Positions 41,908 to 55,763 of a stretch of 64,000 nt of DNA are shown piece after piece. The DNA is from Amoebidium appalachense (lineage: Eukaryota; Protista; Ichthyosporea). The notes under the pieces are model-generated. The model saw only the letters and a program-made list of their open reading frames with translations. It had not been told where the DNA came from and did not search any database. Position numbers and translations under genes: made by a program. The number at the start of each line of letters is the position of its first letter. The stretch's first letter is position 1. The stretch lies in assembly GCA_963693365.1 (NCBI GenBank), contig CAVNZM010000014.1, positions 4,588,001-4,652,000 on the forward strand, given 5' to 3'.

Positions 41908-43647
41908 CTATACAAACTGCCCCTCCTCGTGTGCCCGCTCCTCCGCCAATACCGGCCATGGAGCCACACACATTGCCTGCACAGCACTTCCATCCGTTTG
42001 GAATGACGACAGGCAGCGGCCATCCAATGGGTTCCACAGGCGGGAGGTACCATCACGTGACCCACTCGCCACCATTTTACCCGCCTCCGTCTCCACCACG
42101 CACACGGCTAAAACCGCCGCCGAATGCCCTCTCATAACCCGCACGCACTGAACAGGGTTGGGGGGGAAGGATGAAGATGAAGATGAGTTGGATGAGCTAG
42201 GGGTGAGGTCTTGAACATTGTCCCTCGCCCGCCACACACGTACGGTGCGATCCTGCGACCCGCTCACCACATATACCTCGTTGGTGTGTTCGTTCCGGAT
42301 ACCACACAGGGAAAGAACCCAGTCGCTGTGGCCGCGCATCGTCTGAAGAAGGTGGCCCGACCCCGCGTCCCACACCCTTACAGTGTTGTCCGCACCGCCG
42401 CTCGCTATCCACTTCCGACTCGGGTCGACAGAACAAACGGTCCAAACCCGGCCCGTGTGACCCGAAAGCGCGCTGACCTGCTCCCCGGTGGTGGTGTTCC
42501 ATACGCGCACAGTACCGTCATTGCACGCCGCCGCAACCAACTTCCCCTCCTCATCCACTTGAATTAGGTTATGCGCAATGGCATTGTCGACGTTAACCGT
42601 TCGTACGCATTCCCCCGTTCGTGTGTCCCACAGTCTCACAGTATGATCAAACGAGCTGCTAACTGCGTAGGTGGGACCCGATGGGCATGTGAGCACACAC
42701 GCGGAAATGACCTCGTTCTTGTGCCCTCTACACTCTACGTGCGTGTTTGCCTGCACGTCCCACAACGTGAGTACTCGGTCTCGCGACGCAGACACAACCA
42801 CACAACCCTTACTCTTTTGCCCATTTCCGGTGCCGCTTGCTACCGCCCACACGGCGTCGTTGTGTGTTTTGCTAGCGGCTACCTGCCTTCCCGTTGTCGG
42901 GTCCCATAGGAAAACATTGCCCGATTGCTGCCCGGTTGCCACCAGCTGTCCGTTCGTGTGCGCCATAGACAACTGCCTGCTTGCAAACTGCGTGGATATC
43001 CGTACGTTTACGTGTACGTCTGCACTCAGTCGAGAAACATCGACCCAATCCGTTCTCACCTCACCCACTGTGCTGAGAGCGTGGAGTGTTGCCGCCAGCC
43101 CTTCCTCCAACTCAACTACGACCGCCCGCCCTCGCTGTTTCTCCTTGCCCTCTGCACCGGCCAGAAGACTCTGCTCATTATCGTTTCGAAGTTTGGACAG
43201 GGCTGCGTTTTTCTCCTTAACTACTTGTAACAATAGCGCCTGTTTTCGCTCTTCAAGTGCCGTTTCCAACTCGATAAACGAGCTGCGAATTGACTGCTCC
43301 GCTCGTGCAACCGATTGATTCAAAATGTTTTCCTCTGGCGACACAACGGCCTTCTTTGACTCGCTCACAGGCATAGCTGACACTAAAATGGAGTGGCCGT
43401 TTTCCGCCCCATTCGCACGTAGTGGTTGGGGGGAAGTGGCGAAAAACGAACGGTTGAGGTTTGCTTTCAGACGTGCAATGGTCGACTCCTCGGGGTCTCT
43501 AATCTCCTTTGTAAGAAGATCGGTACGTTCTGGTAGATTTATCGTAACAGCCCCCTTCTTTTCAAAAAGGGCTTCGTCTTGTGCCTGGAACGTGAGCAAA
43601 CCGGTTTCGGGGGCAGAGGAAAGCTCGATGTCTACACACGAGGACAT
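41908..43647 (-). CDS. Single-exon protein with an N-terminal coiled coil and a C-terminal WD40 beta-propeller (579 aa)
   Basis: Uninterrupted ATG-TAG ORF with about 7 WD40 repeats (GHKNEVISAC..SSSFDHTVRLWD; GHTGRVWTV..SGGADNTVRVWD; GHSDWVLSL..SGSQDRTVRVWR; GHSAAVLAV..SGSRDGTSRLWN). A heptad segment reads IRSSFIELETALEERKQALL. Confidence 0.9.
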   Translation of the reverse strand: MSSCVDIELSSAPETGLLTFQAQDEALFEKKGAVTINLPERTDLLTKEIRDPEESTIARLKANLNRSFFATSPQPLRANGAENGHSILVSAMPVSESKKAVVSPEENILNQSVARAEQSIRSSFIELETALEERKQALLLQVVKEKNAALSKLRNDNEQSLLAGAEGKEKQRGRAVVVELEEGLAATLHALSTVGEVRTDWVDVSRLSADVHVNVRISTQFASRQLSMAHTNGQLVATGQQSGNVFLWDPTTGRQVAASKTHNDAVWAVASGTGNGQKSKGCVVVSASRDRVLTLWDVQANTHVECRGHKNEVISACVLTCPSGPTYAVSSSFDHTVRLWDTRTGECVRTVNVDNAIAHNLIQVDEEGKLVAAACNDGTVRVWNTTTGEQVSALSGHTGRVWTVCSVDPSRKWIASGGADNTVRVWDAGSGHLLQTMRGHSDWVLSLCGIRNEHTNEVYVVSGSQDRTVRVWRARDNVQDLTPSSSNSSSSSSFPPNPVQCVRVMRGHSAAVLAVCVVETEAGKMVASGSRDGTSRLWNPLDGRCLSSFQTDGSAVQAMCVAPWPVLAEERAHEEGQFV

Positions 43648-45453
43648 GCTGGCGGTGCGTGATTCTGTGCGTGTGCACCCAAGGTGAAGAATTGAGGTTG
43701 CGTGGAGCCTCCTATATGATGTATGATGTGCTATTTAAAGGGGATGGGTATTCGAAGGTAGAGTGGCTATTGTGGGAATGTAGTGACAGCTTCAACGCCA
43801 GACATCAAACTTGTAAAAGGCGAGTCTACAGGTAGAAAGAAACACGTACAAGGAGGAAAAATCTAGTCTAGAAAAGGCCGTGCATGTGTAACAGTGGCTA
43901 GTGATTGCGGACCATCATTCGTTTAAAATCTCTTAGAGTATTTGATAGTAAGGGCTTATGTATGCAGTCTCATCTGGCAGAGATATATATGGTATGTGTG
44001 TTGTATTGTGTCCTAATATTCCAGTTCTATCACTGTCCGGCGGGACACCATATTACTCGCAAAAGGGCGGTGTTTGTACTGATCTGGTTCCATCTAAACT
44101 GGATCTCTATTTATAATGTTACCCCCTATACCTCGCACAATAAGGTACAATATTTTTTCGTCCAAGTTAGACGCCCATATTTAACGCATAGGGACCAAAA
44201 AAGGAGGCAATAATCAATAAAAGCGGTTTCCATCCGCAATTATAATTATTTCTATTCAGAAAAAAAGTAAATCTTTATGTACACAATGTAAATCTTTCAT
44301 ATTCAGCAATATTCTGGGTTTCTGTTTTCTGGATTTTGGACAAGCCAAGACCGCTACTGAGCGGGTACTCCACCAGTAAACTGATCACTTGGGGGGTCCT
44401 TTCATTCGCCAATCTACATGATTGGCGCTTCTTCACCAATAGGAAGTTAGGAAACAACTGTTGCGGAGAGAGGTAAATCATGGTGCCAAGAATGGAAGGC
44501 ATTTGGGCAATACATGTGCGATGTTTGCGCTTCATAACAAGGCGGGTAGGAAGCATCGAGAGTTGTATAGTAATGTTATATGATTAATACAAATATTTCA
44601 ATTCTCCCAGACCTAAGTCACACCAAATGCCCACAGTTTGCTGTGACATCATGTGAGCGGCGTACTGTATGGCGACATCATAGGATGCCCATGACTCATT
44701 TGGGCTTTCTTTGCACTCCTTTGGTTGTTTCCCATATGCTTCCAATCAAGTCGCTTCATCTTAACAGCAACCATGACGTCATTATTTTGGCGGGCGAAAT
44801 GTCGGGCCAGCTCAGCCCAGCTTCATAGATCTGTGTGTGCACGTGCACATGTGTGTGTGTGTGGAGGGATGGTTTGCTACCCTCGTAGGCGTGGGAGATG
44901 CAGGTGCCACTTACTGCACTAACATTCTCGTGCATCACACTTTGTTTCGGTAATTATGTGCATGCAATGCACACACTGTTTCAGAGCCCTTCGAGTTGTC
45001 ATGAAAAACAAGTCTTTTACTCGCATGTAGGATGAAACTGTAGGATGAAACTGACGGGCAAATCGCAAAAATGGATTCCAAAACGGTTACTACATCTTCG
45101 CGTGGTGGAAAAATGGAAAATATAAGAAAATGCACCATTTACAAAACCTGCCCCTGTGACTGGGTCAAAAAGCATAGCTGCTGTGATGGCACTTTTTGCC
45201 CCAACCACCATGGCATTGCAAGAATGCATCGTTTCCTTACAGCACAGCGCATCTTCCAAAATACGGGCGAAATTTGCTACATGTACACCATCATTCAGTC
45301 TTCAGTTGGGCTAAGGCTGCCCTTAAAACTATCTTTGTACAACTTTGAAATCCTATTATAAAAAACATTAGAGTAGGATGTCACTGTATGGCTTCGTTCA
45401 GCCGTTTCAAGTTAGCCTACATCTTACGCATGCACACTATGTTTGCAAACTCT

Positions 45454-45715
45454 CTATGCCATATCGAAAACTACCTCGAAGGTTCTGATCTGCATAGGGT
45501 TTAGGGTCACACGTGTGCCCGTATTGGCCCGGGTCGGAGCACGTGAACGGGTGATGTTGAGCTGCTCTGCATCACTCAACCAAGGACGTACACGCTGAAT
45601 TTCAGGTAGCTGGTTAGTGTGTAGAAAACATTTATTTGTTTAATTTTATTATTATTATTATCATCACTATTATTATCAAATTTTTGGTTGGGTGGTTGTG
45701 TGTGCTTGTGTGTGT

Positions 45716-45769
<54 letters not shown>

Positions 45770-45949
45770 GGGGACGTACAACAGAAACGAAGAAACGAAA
45801 AATGGTGAAGGAAAATCCCCTCTCATTTACACCGCTTGTTTTCTATGCAGCGGACAGAGGTTTTTTAACAGGGCTCACCGAGAAGTAAGGTCCATCGGAA
45901 TACGCGGCTCGGGAGGGGACCCATCAAGAGGAACACAAAAATTAACCCA

Positions 45950-45987
<38 letters not shown>

Positions 45988-46208
45988 AAAAAATAAACGA
46001 AAAATATTTATAACACTCAAGAGTGAAAAACAAATTTACAGCAACCCCTGGCACGAGCCAACAAAAGTACACAATAACTTGTTCCAGTTGATCGTCCCTA
46101 GCTAGGCCTACCCGCATTCATCTAAGTAGCAATTGTATGAATGTAAACAGACTTGGTTCCTCCGCTGTGTGTGTGTGTGTGTGTGTGTGGTGGTGGTGGT
46201 GGTGGAGT

Positions 46209-46275
<67 letters not shown>

Positions 46276-46490
46276 AGGGGATTGGGGGTGTTACCTCTAT
46301 GTAATCCGAGTTTGCTGATAGTGACTTCTCTGTTGCCGAAACCACCCTCCCAAACATGAAGGGGTCGAAGAGGGTTGAGAGGTCGACCTCGGCTGCCTGC
46401 GAGAACTCGGCATCCTCACCTGCAGTCAAATGTATCATATCAGAGGAGGGGTGTTTGTGTGTGTGTGTGTGTGTGTGTGTTGTGTGTGTG

Positions 46491-46521
<31 letters not shown>

Positions 46522-47036
46522 AGAGCGGAGAGGGGGGGGGGGGGGGAGGGAGAGAGAGAGGGGGAGGGCAGGGGGGCTTCTGAACTGGCAATCGTGCTTT
46601 GTTATACTTGCACACATAACATGGGCAGGTGTGTGGTCCCATGTAAGCCCCCCTGCCCTCCCCTCTCTCTCTCTCCCCCCCCCCCCTCTCCGCTCTACAC
46701 ACCACACACACACACACAACACACACACACACACACACACAGGCACAACACTCGCACACACACACGACATCCCCCCCCCCCCCCCCCCCCCCCCCCACAC
46801 ACACACCCAGCCACCCACACACGCACACGCACATGCTTTCTCACACCCACACCCACACGCACACCCACCGACCCACACCCGCCCACCCACACACACGTAC
46901 CAATCTCGAATATGTGTTCCAGGCGCAGCAGCACCGTGTTTGCATTTAGCGCCTTCAGCGTCACCACATGCACGTTGGGGGGTAGGAGTCTGTATAACGA
47001 GAAGAGGTATATTACACATCCATGTTCCAGGCCGCG

Positions 47037-47072
<36 letters not shown>

Positions 47073-47249
47073 GGGGAGAAAGGGGAGAGGCGGAGAATGG
47101 AGAAAGGGGAGAGGCGGAGAAGGGAGAAAGGGGGGAGGCCGAGGGTGGGGGAGAAGGGGAGGGGAGGAGATGTTAAGTTGATCTCGAGGAGGAAGCACGC
47201 TGGGGAAGGGAGGGGGGCAGGAGGGGGGGGAAGAGAGGGAGAGGGGGGG

Positions 47250-47301
<52 letters not shown>

Positions 47302-48379
47302 AGGGAAAGGGGGAAAGGGTGTGTGTGTGTGTGTGTGGGGGGGGGGGGGGGAGGACAACATGTGGCAGAACTCGGGCTTGCTGATAGTATCGAGTGTCAC
47401 AGGGCGAGGTGACAAAAAAAACAAACCAGATGTGATGGTGTTCGTGATTGTAGGTGGAAGCAAAAGGGAGACACGAGCAAGACGAGAGTGTGGAATAGAA
47501 GGAACGTATAGGTGAGTGCATATGACGACGGTGCTCTATTGCCTCGCCCTCTTCCCCCCCTTTTTTTCGTTTGTCCTTTTTTTCCCTAGGGGGAAGGGGG
47601 GGCGAGGGGGGCGGAGGGGAGGAGGGGAAAGGGAGTATTAGTGGTCGTAAAAAAACAAAACAGCTTGATGCTGATGGAGTGTGTGTCTCTCTGGTAGTAG
47701 TGGTGTTACATGTGTACGTGTGTGCGTGTGTGCGTACGTGCGTGCGTGCGTGTGTGTGTGCGTGTGCATGTGTGTGTGTGTGTGTATCTGTGCATGCATG
47801 GGTGTTCCCGTGTGTACATGTACAAGTTGGGGGGGGTTCCCGAGTGTACATGTATGTTCGTGTGCCCCAGCCTGTGTTGGGGGGTGGTGGTGGTGGTGGC
47901 GGGTTGAGGGGGAGGAGGGGAGGGGGGGAGGGGGGGGAGGGGGAGGGGGAGGGAGGGGAGGGGGGGGGGGGGGGGGGGGGGGGGGTTTGAATGCGGAACA
48001 CAGTACGAAGTACGCATAGACGATGAGAAGCATGATGCAGGACACATGCAAAGGCAAACATTCAAGTATGCAGCATCAGCCATGCGCACAGTATGCGTCA
48101 TAAGCAGAGCCCATCCTCAGGGAGGGCCCAAGTCATCAATTGCGTCTGAGTTTCGACCCCTTAGCCCGCGTATATACGACGCTCCACGGGGGGGGGGGGG
48201 GGGGGCTTATGGACATACTCTTCAAGTATGGTGAGTGCCTTGAGTGGAACCTTGTCTGTTGTGAATGCAAGCACAAGAGGATACGTCAGTGCCTGGGCTA
48301 GGTAGCGGTGACGGGCAGCGGAGGTGGATGGGTGGTCGACGATCAGATACTGTGTGGTACGCACCACCAGCCCACCTGT

Positions 48380-48434
<55 letters not shown>

Positions 48435-48779
48435 TGCGTATGTGTGTGTGTGTGTGTGTGTGTGTGTTGGGAGAGCGGGCGATGGGAGGGAGAGAGAGGG
48501 GGGAGTGGGGGGGGGGGGGGGGGGGGGATGGCGGGTGGGGGGGGTGTCAGCGCAACTGGGCTCGTGAGAGAGAAAACAGCTGGTGTTGGTAGCTGTGTTT
48601 AGAGCGTGGGGGTGTAGGGGTCTTGTTGATAGGATGAAAAAGGAGGGGGCGGGGGAGGAAGGGAGCGAAGGAGGAAGGCGAGGGGAGGGGGGGGGGGGGG
48701 GGGGGGGGGACAGCAGCGGGTTAGGAAGTGCATGAGTACGAATACAGTCGGTGGTTCTAAGAAACGAAGACAATCTACG

Positions 48780-48859
<80 letters not shown>

Positions 48860-50135
48860 GTATTGGTGCATGTGTTTGTGGTTGTGGGGAGGGGGAGGGG
48901 GGTCCCACCCGAATTTTGCAGTCCGGGCTCGTTGATTGGCTCACCCACACCACGATTGTCATCTCGGAGTGTGCGGCGATGGATCATAACCTCGAGCTGA
49001 AGGAGGGGAGGGGGGGGGGGGGGGGGATTAGTGGAATTCTGCAACCTCACAATAATAAAGGTGACAATATAACTCTGATGTGTCTGTGTATGTGTGTTTA
49101 TGTGGCTTTCGCGGTTCTAGGCGAATGTTCCCATGAAAAAAAGTCAATTCTGTTCGTCAGAACTTGTGATCTATCGGCCCTTTGAAAAACAGGTCGAAGC
49201 TTGAAGGAATGAGGGAGCCACGAACGCGGAAAAAGGAGCAGGATAGATTATGGCCCGTCGTCGAGTACTGCACGCAATGCATATTCACAACGGATAACAC
49301 TTTGCAAATTGCCTCCCCCCCCCCCCCCAAAAAAAAAAAAAAAAAATCACACACACACACACACACACACATACATGCCCACCCACCCACCCGCGAAAAG
49401 CAGAAAGAAGGAAACAAAAAATAACTAGCCAAAATGGAGAGAAACCGTTATTATTATTATTAGTATTATTTATTATTATTATTATTGGGGGGGGGGGGGG
49501 GGGGGGGGTTAAATCACGCACATTTCCATCATTCAAGCTACTTCCACCGAAGGTTCTATCTGTAACGATCGTAAACTGACTGTCACCATCCTTCAAATAG
49601 ATGCGAGAGTTGACTGGGTAGTAGTTCTGCGACACTGGCTCGGTGCTGACTAGCGGCCAGGTGGGTCGGTGGTTGATGCGACGCTGTGGTGGGGAAACAC
49701 GATGGAAAAATGAGCGAAGGTTTTTTCCTTTCCTTTTCTTTCTTTTCTCTCCTTCTTTTTTCTTTCTCAAAAAAATAACAAGGTGAATGATATTAAATTA
49801 ATGTCGGGGCATCAGAAAAGGCGAAGAATGGATGTAAAGTGAAACTAAAAAGGAGAACGTACCCATAGGTGATAGAAAATAAAGGGAGAGAGAGCAAGAA
49901 AGAAGTGGAGAGGGAAGGGGGCATGGGGGGTTGGGGGGTCGTTGTTGTGGGGGTGGGGGGAAAGAAGGAGGGGAGCTTAAGGGAGGGAGGGGGTTTTGAA
50001 TGCGTCAAAAAGTGCGAAGTACACAAGAACAAACGGATAACACGATGCAGAATGCAAGCCATACATAAAGAGTATGCATAATAAGCAGAGCCCATTCTCA
50101 GGGGGGGCCCACGTCATCCACAGTACCCGAGGGAG

Positions 50136-50175
<40 letters not shown>

Positions 50176-50432
50176 GGGGGGGGAGGGGGGGAGGCGAAGG
50201 AAAATCAAAAATAAGAAGGGGGAAAAAGAAAAAGAAAAAAAAAAAAAAAAAAAGGAAAGAAAAAAAACGAAAGAAAGAAAGAAAGAAAAGAAGAATAGAC
50301 CGAACGAGAGAATGAACCTAATCTCATGTGGACCCCACTCATATTCCTCCATCAACCCACCTGTCTGGCTGAACTTTCCAAAACAGTAGCGAGCAGATTA
50401 CACGATGGAGAAAAGAAGACAAACAAGCAGGC

Positions 50433-50514
<82 letters not shown>

Positions 50515-50596
50515 TATACCTCCTGCATCTCTTTGCCGTTTGCGTCGGTATAGAACACACCTGCACTTGCAATGTCGGTCTCGTAGCGCACAATGA

Positions 50597-50689
<93 letters not shown>

Positions 50690-50762
50690 CATAGGGCGGT
50701 ATGGCGCGTACAGTGGGCGTGGTTTGAAAATACAAAGGGGCAGACAGGAGAGTGGGAAGCAG

Positions 50763-50858
<96 letters not shown>

Positions 50859-51014
50859 GGAAGGGCTTGCAGTGTAAAAGGATGTATAGGAGTAAGAATG
50901 TAAGGGGGGTCTTGGATGGCAGAACGGAAGAAGGTGGGAGTTACAGTGTAAAAAAGAAAAAGGAGTTGCCATTTGCAAAAGGTGTGGGTGAGGACGGAGG
51001 AAGGAAACGTGTGT

Positions 51015-51066
<52 letters not shown>

Positions 51067-51680
51067 TGGGGGGATGTCAGTTGCTTTCAACACGCATACC
51101 AGATGATACTTTGAACTAAGGCACCCCCAGTCTTGGCCATCACAAAACAGACAACTGAAGTGGTGATGGTTGAACAGTAACGGCAATAAAGGACATACAA
51201 AAGGGGTTATACCAGATGAGGTTGAGTGAAGCGAGTTGCTTAGTTGTGACTACATTGTTGGTGCATATGTTGCTTCTGCTTACACCCGTCACACAGAGCT
51301 ATGTACGTATTCAATGACATATTATAAGTTAATATTATTTATCTATCTTACGTAAATCCATCTATAATCTACTGAGGTATAGGACGGCACGTGCAGGTTG
51401 CATGCATGTTTCTGCAAAGGTTTGCATGTGTAATTGTGTAAACACAATATTTCATTTGCACGTGCATGTTTCTGTGATGGTTTGTGGGTGTATGCATGCA
51501 CACAGTATTTTTCCTTCTGCACCCACGCACCTCTTTCCCCTCTCCGTTTGCGACATCCACCGGGCCAGCAGTGATCTCAACCTCTACGTGGTGGGTCAGG
51601 GGCTGCACACGCACCACCTGGCTGAGCCACGGGTTGATCTGTGTACACGTGTGTGCGTGTGAACGTGCGTGCGTGCGTGC

Positions 51681-51774
<94 letters not shown>

Positions 51775-51855
51775 TTGCATGCGTGTGGGTGGACGTGAAC
51801 GTGTACCTGTGTGTTTTTGTGTTGGTGTTAAAAGGGTGTGGCTGTGTGTGTATAT

Positions 51856-51889
<34 letters not shown>

Positions 51890-52567
51890 AGAGAAGGGGG
51901 GGGGGGGAGTGTTAGAAAGCACAAAATACCAAGACACACAACAAAAAGAACCGTGCGAGATACACGACAATATGCAAGCATACGCCAAAAAACTGTGCTG
52001 TGTATTTGTGTACGCACGCATGCATGTTCGTGTGCGTATGTATGTGGCTGTGCAGGCATCTGCAAGCGCCTGCGGGTGTCTGTGTAGGTGCTGCTAGTTA
52101 GTGACCAAAAAGGCAGAGGAGGCTTTAAGTAGTTTGTCAAATTAGGTGGCACGAAGGGGGGAGGGGGGGGGAGGGGGGAGGGGGGAGGGAGGGGGGCACT
52201 GTACCTGGACACGGATTTCCGAACCTACAACCTCGACATCGAGTGCATCGACATCAAGAAGGGGCCTAGATCCACCAATTAGAGGTCAGATCAGAAGTCG
52301 ATTAAAGGAGATCTTCATTTTCGTGACTTATAGAATCGTGTCAGGATAATCATTAACGAATGGGGGTTTTCATGTATTAGGGGGGATGTGTCGGGGTCAT
52401 AGCAAGAGTAAAAGTGTGCCAGTGTGCAAAGTGCTTGTGGGCATGTCATCGCAACATATGGACAGATGTATTCTTTTCTTTGTGTATATTTTATTGAACG
52501 GTTGGTCTATTTGCGTGTCTGGCGTGTAGTGGTGTAGATGTATGTGTTCGTGTGCACTTGTGTGTTG

Positions 52568-52608
<41 letters not shown>

Positions 52609-53100
52609 TTTTCTGCACGTGTATGCTAAAGGATGTGGCGTGTGTGTGTCTCCTTGTATCAAGAAATGTGCATGTGTGTGTTCGTGTTGTAACTTCATGT
52701 GTACGTGTGCGTGTAAAATGCCTGTGTGTCCATCCTTGCATGTTTGTGTCTCTGTGTCTGTGCACACATACTTAGGCTGTTGGTCTGCGGGTCTGAAGAT
52801 GTATGCCCCCGAGGGCTGGCCGTCGTCTCTGGTGCCTGTGCTGCTGACGTAGTAGTGGAACCCCTGCCTGAGTGTCACCTGGAGAGAAAAGGGAAAAAAA
52901 AAAAGGGGGGGGGGGGGGGTTAGAAGTGTTACAGAGTACCAAGTATACAAGGCAGATTTTTAAAAAAGAATATAGAAGGGGGGGGGGGGGGGGGGGGGGG
53001 GAGGGGGGGGGGGGCATTTGTGGAAAGGTAATTAATGACCTCCATGGGGTCCTCTATGGGGGGATTCTATTTGCATATTTGGGTGAAGAGAGAGGGGGAG

Positions 53101-53135
<35 letters not shown>

Positions 53136-53278
53136 TCACCTCGACGGGTTTTTCGCCGTGCAGTTTGATGGACTGAATGCCACCGGTCTGCTTGGACACC
53201 ACCACCCTCACATTGTCGTTGTCCAGACTCACTGTGTCCTCGTTGACTGTGATCCGTGCTGCCTTCTTGTTGCTGTAG

Positions 53279-53337
<59 letters not shown>

Positions 53338-53605
53338 TGGTTGGGGATGGGGGGGGGGGGGGGGGGGGGGGGGGGAGAAGCACGGGGATAGCATGCAGCA
53401 AATCAGTATGAATCATAAATATACAAAGGAAAATATAATGCAAATAAAAAGCAAAAATAAGAAAAATGCACATATCAGGTAGCATCACTAAACCCCATCC
53501 TCCCACCGGCAGCGAGGCAAGGGAGAGGGGAGGGGAGGGGGAGTTAGAGGGGGTAGGAATAGTGAAGATCCGAAAGAACCTTTGAGAGGGAAGGGAGTGG
53601 GGAGG

Positions 53606-53668
<63 letters not shown>

Positions 53669-54373
53669 TGTACGTTGGCATTTGCTGTTCTGAGGCTGCC
53701 TGGATTCGGAATGTAGTGTAGCCAAGAGCAGGCACACATCCGACGAATGAGAGCTCGTGGGTGGACCCAACCTCATCTCCACGGATACGCTGTGAGGGGT
53801 AGAAGGGGTGGTGGGTTGGGATGTTAGTGTGTTGCAATGCGGCAATGAGTGGGAGCGAAAGGTTTACACGTTTAAGCACATGTGTGCGCGCACACGCACC
53901 CACGCACCAACCCACACATACGCCCATCCACACCCACCTGTATGCCCACACGCCCACACAAGAACACCCTCCCACCCTCACAAAAGAACACCCTCCCACC
54001 CACTAGTCCCCCCCCCCCCCCCCTTCCCCTCCCCCAACCCCCCCCTCCCCCCCCCGCCCCGCACACACACACACACACACACCCTCACCCACAGACCCGC
54101 ACACCTTTGTCTCTGCCGATACCGGTGTTGCTGTCACATTGCTGCCGGGTCCATCTCCCGCAAACACAGTGGCAGCAGAAAACGAAACGGGAATACGGAT
54201 GGCCTCACAGCGCTCAGTGGCAACTGGTTGTTTTTGTGGATGGGGAGGGGGGAGGGGGGGGGGGGGGGGGAGGGGAGGGGGGGAGGAGATTGTTGTTATT
54301 GTTGTTCGGGGGGATGAAGGGGGAGGGGGGCGAGGGGGGGGGGGGGGGGGGGGGGGAGGTGAATAAGGAGAAG

Positions 54374-54410
<37 letters not shown>

Positions 54411-54417
54411 TATTTAT

Positions 54418-54456
<39 letters not shown>

Positions 54457-54858
54457 TGCAAGAGGGATGGGTTGACTTGCAGACGACCCGACGGCGGGCG
54501 CAGGGGGAAGAGGGGGAGGGGAGGATGGGAAGATGAAGGATACGTAAGTGAGAGTTGGTGGGTGGTCGTTAGTTGAGTTTTGGTAGGTGGAGATTGTGCA
54601 CGGTAGAGAAAGGATGCGGGTCTTGGGGAAAGGGATTAAATGGCAGATAAAAAGCCAGTAACATCCAGCCGAAACGAACAAGCTAACAGCAGTAACCCCC
54701 TGCCCCCCCCCCCTCCCCCCCCCCCATCCTCCTCCCTCCCCCCCCTTTTTTTGCCAGCCGCCCTGTGTGTCACATACCAACTTCACATTTACGGGACACA
54801 CATAAACCTACATACACGGTACACAAACACACCAAACTGCTCACTACACACTACCAAC

Positions 54859-54895
<37 letters not shown>

Positions 54896-54904
54896 TCCTC
54901 CCCC

Positions 54905-54935
<31 letters not shown>

Positions 54936-55715
54936 AAAAACGCACACACACACACAACTACTTACGTCCGTTATACGCCACCACGGTAAACCCTTCCTTT
55001 GCCTCCTGCGTCACAGCGCACACACTAAGATTCATCCCTTTGCACTGTGTGAGTGTCGGCCCATTCACGTTGTTGGGAATGAAACGTCCCTTAGGGTCAG
55101 AGAGAGAGTTGGAGAGGGCGTGGTTGATGATGTCATCACATTGAGCTATTCCCTCACTGATTCCTGGAGGTGTGTGTGTGTAAGTGTGTGTATGTGTGTG
55201 TGGGGGGGGGGGGGGGGGGGGGAGGGGGGGAGGGCAAGGGAGTGTGTGTGTGTGTGTTGTGTGTTGGGAGAAGGGTGGTTGAGGGGAGGGAAGGTGGGGG
55301 GAGGGGGCGAAGGATGTGTGTGTGTGTGTGTGTACATGCGCGCGCGCGCGCGCGCATGTGTGTGTGTTACTTATGTAAAGATTGATGAATGGGGCAAAGG
55401 GCACGTGCCGGAAAAGAAAAACTGAGGAAGAGGGGGTGGGGGGAGGGGGGAGGGTGGGAAGGAGGGGTAAGTATACACAACAAAAGTCAAGCAAGTGGTG
55501 CCCATCTGCCATACGGTGGATTACCCTGTTGGGGATCATGAGCAAGTAACCACATCCAAACAACCAATCCCTAACACACCAATGCCGAGCATTCAGACGG
55601 TTAAGTTTATGAAAAAGAAGAAGGAAGAAGAAGGATAGGTCCCGGGACGGGGGGTGGCGTGGGGGGGGAAGGGGGCGCGGGTGGATGGGTGGGTGAATGG
55701 GTGGGTGGGGGAAAG

Positions 55716-55763
<48 letters not shown>

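Noticed and set aside
42211-43687. Several long + strand ORFs overlapping the WD40 gene
   Set aside because: They are antisense shadows of a real coding sequence with no independent protein features.
45071-45361. Cys/His-rich 96-aa ORF on the + strand
   Set aside because: It has no recognisable motif spacing and lies antisense to the expected mannosidase 3' UTR, so it is probably a chance ORF.
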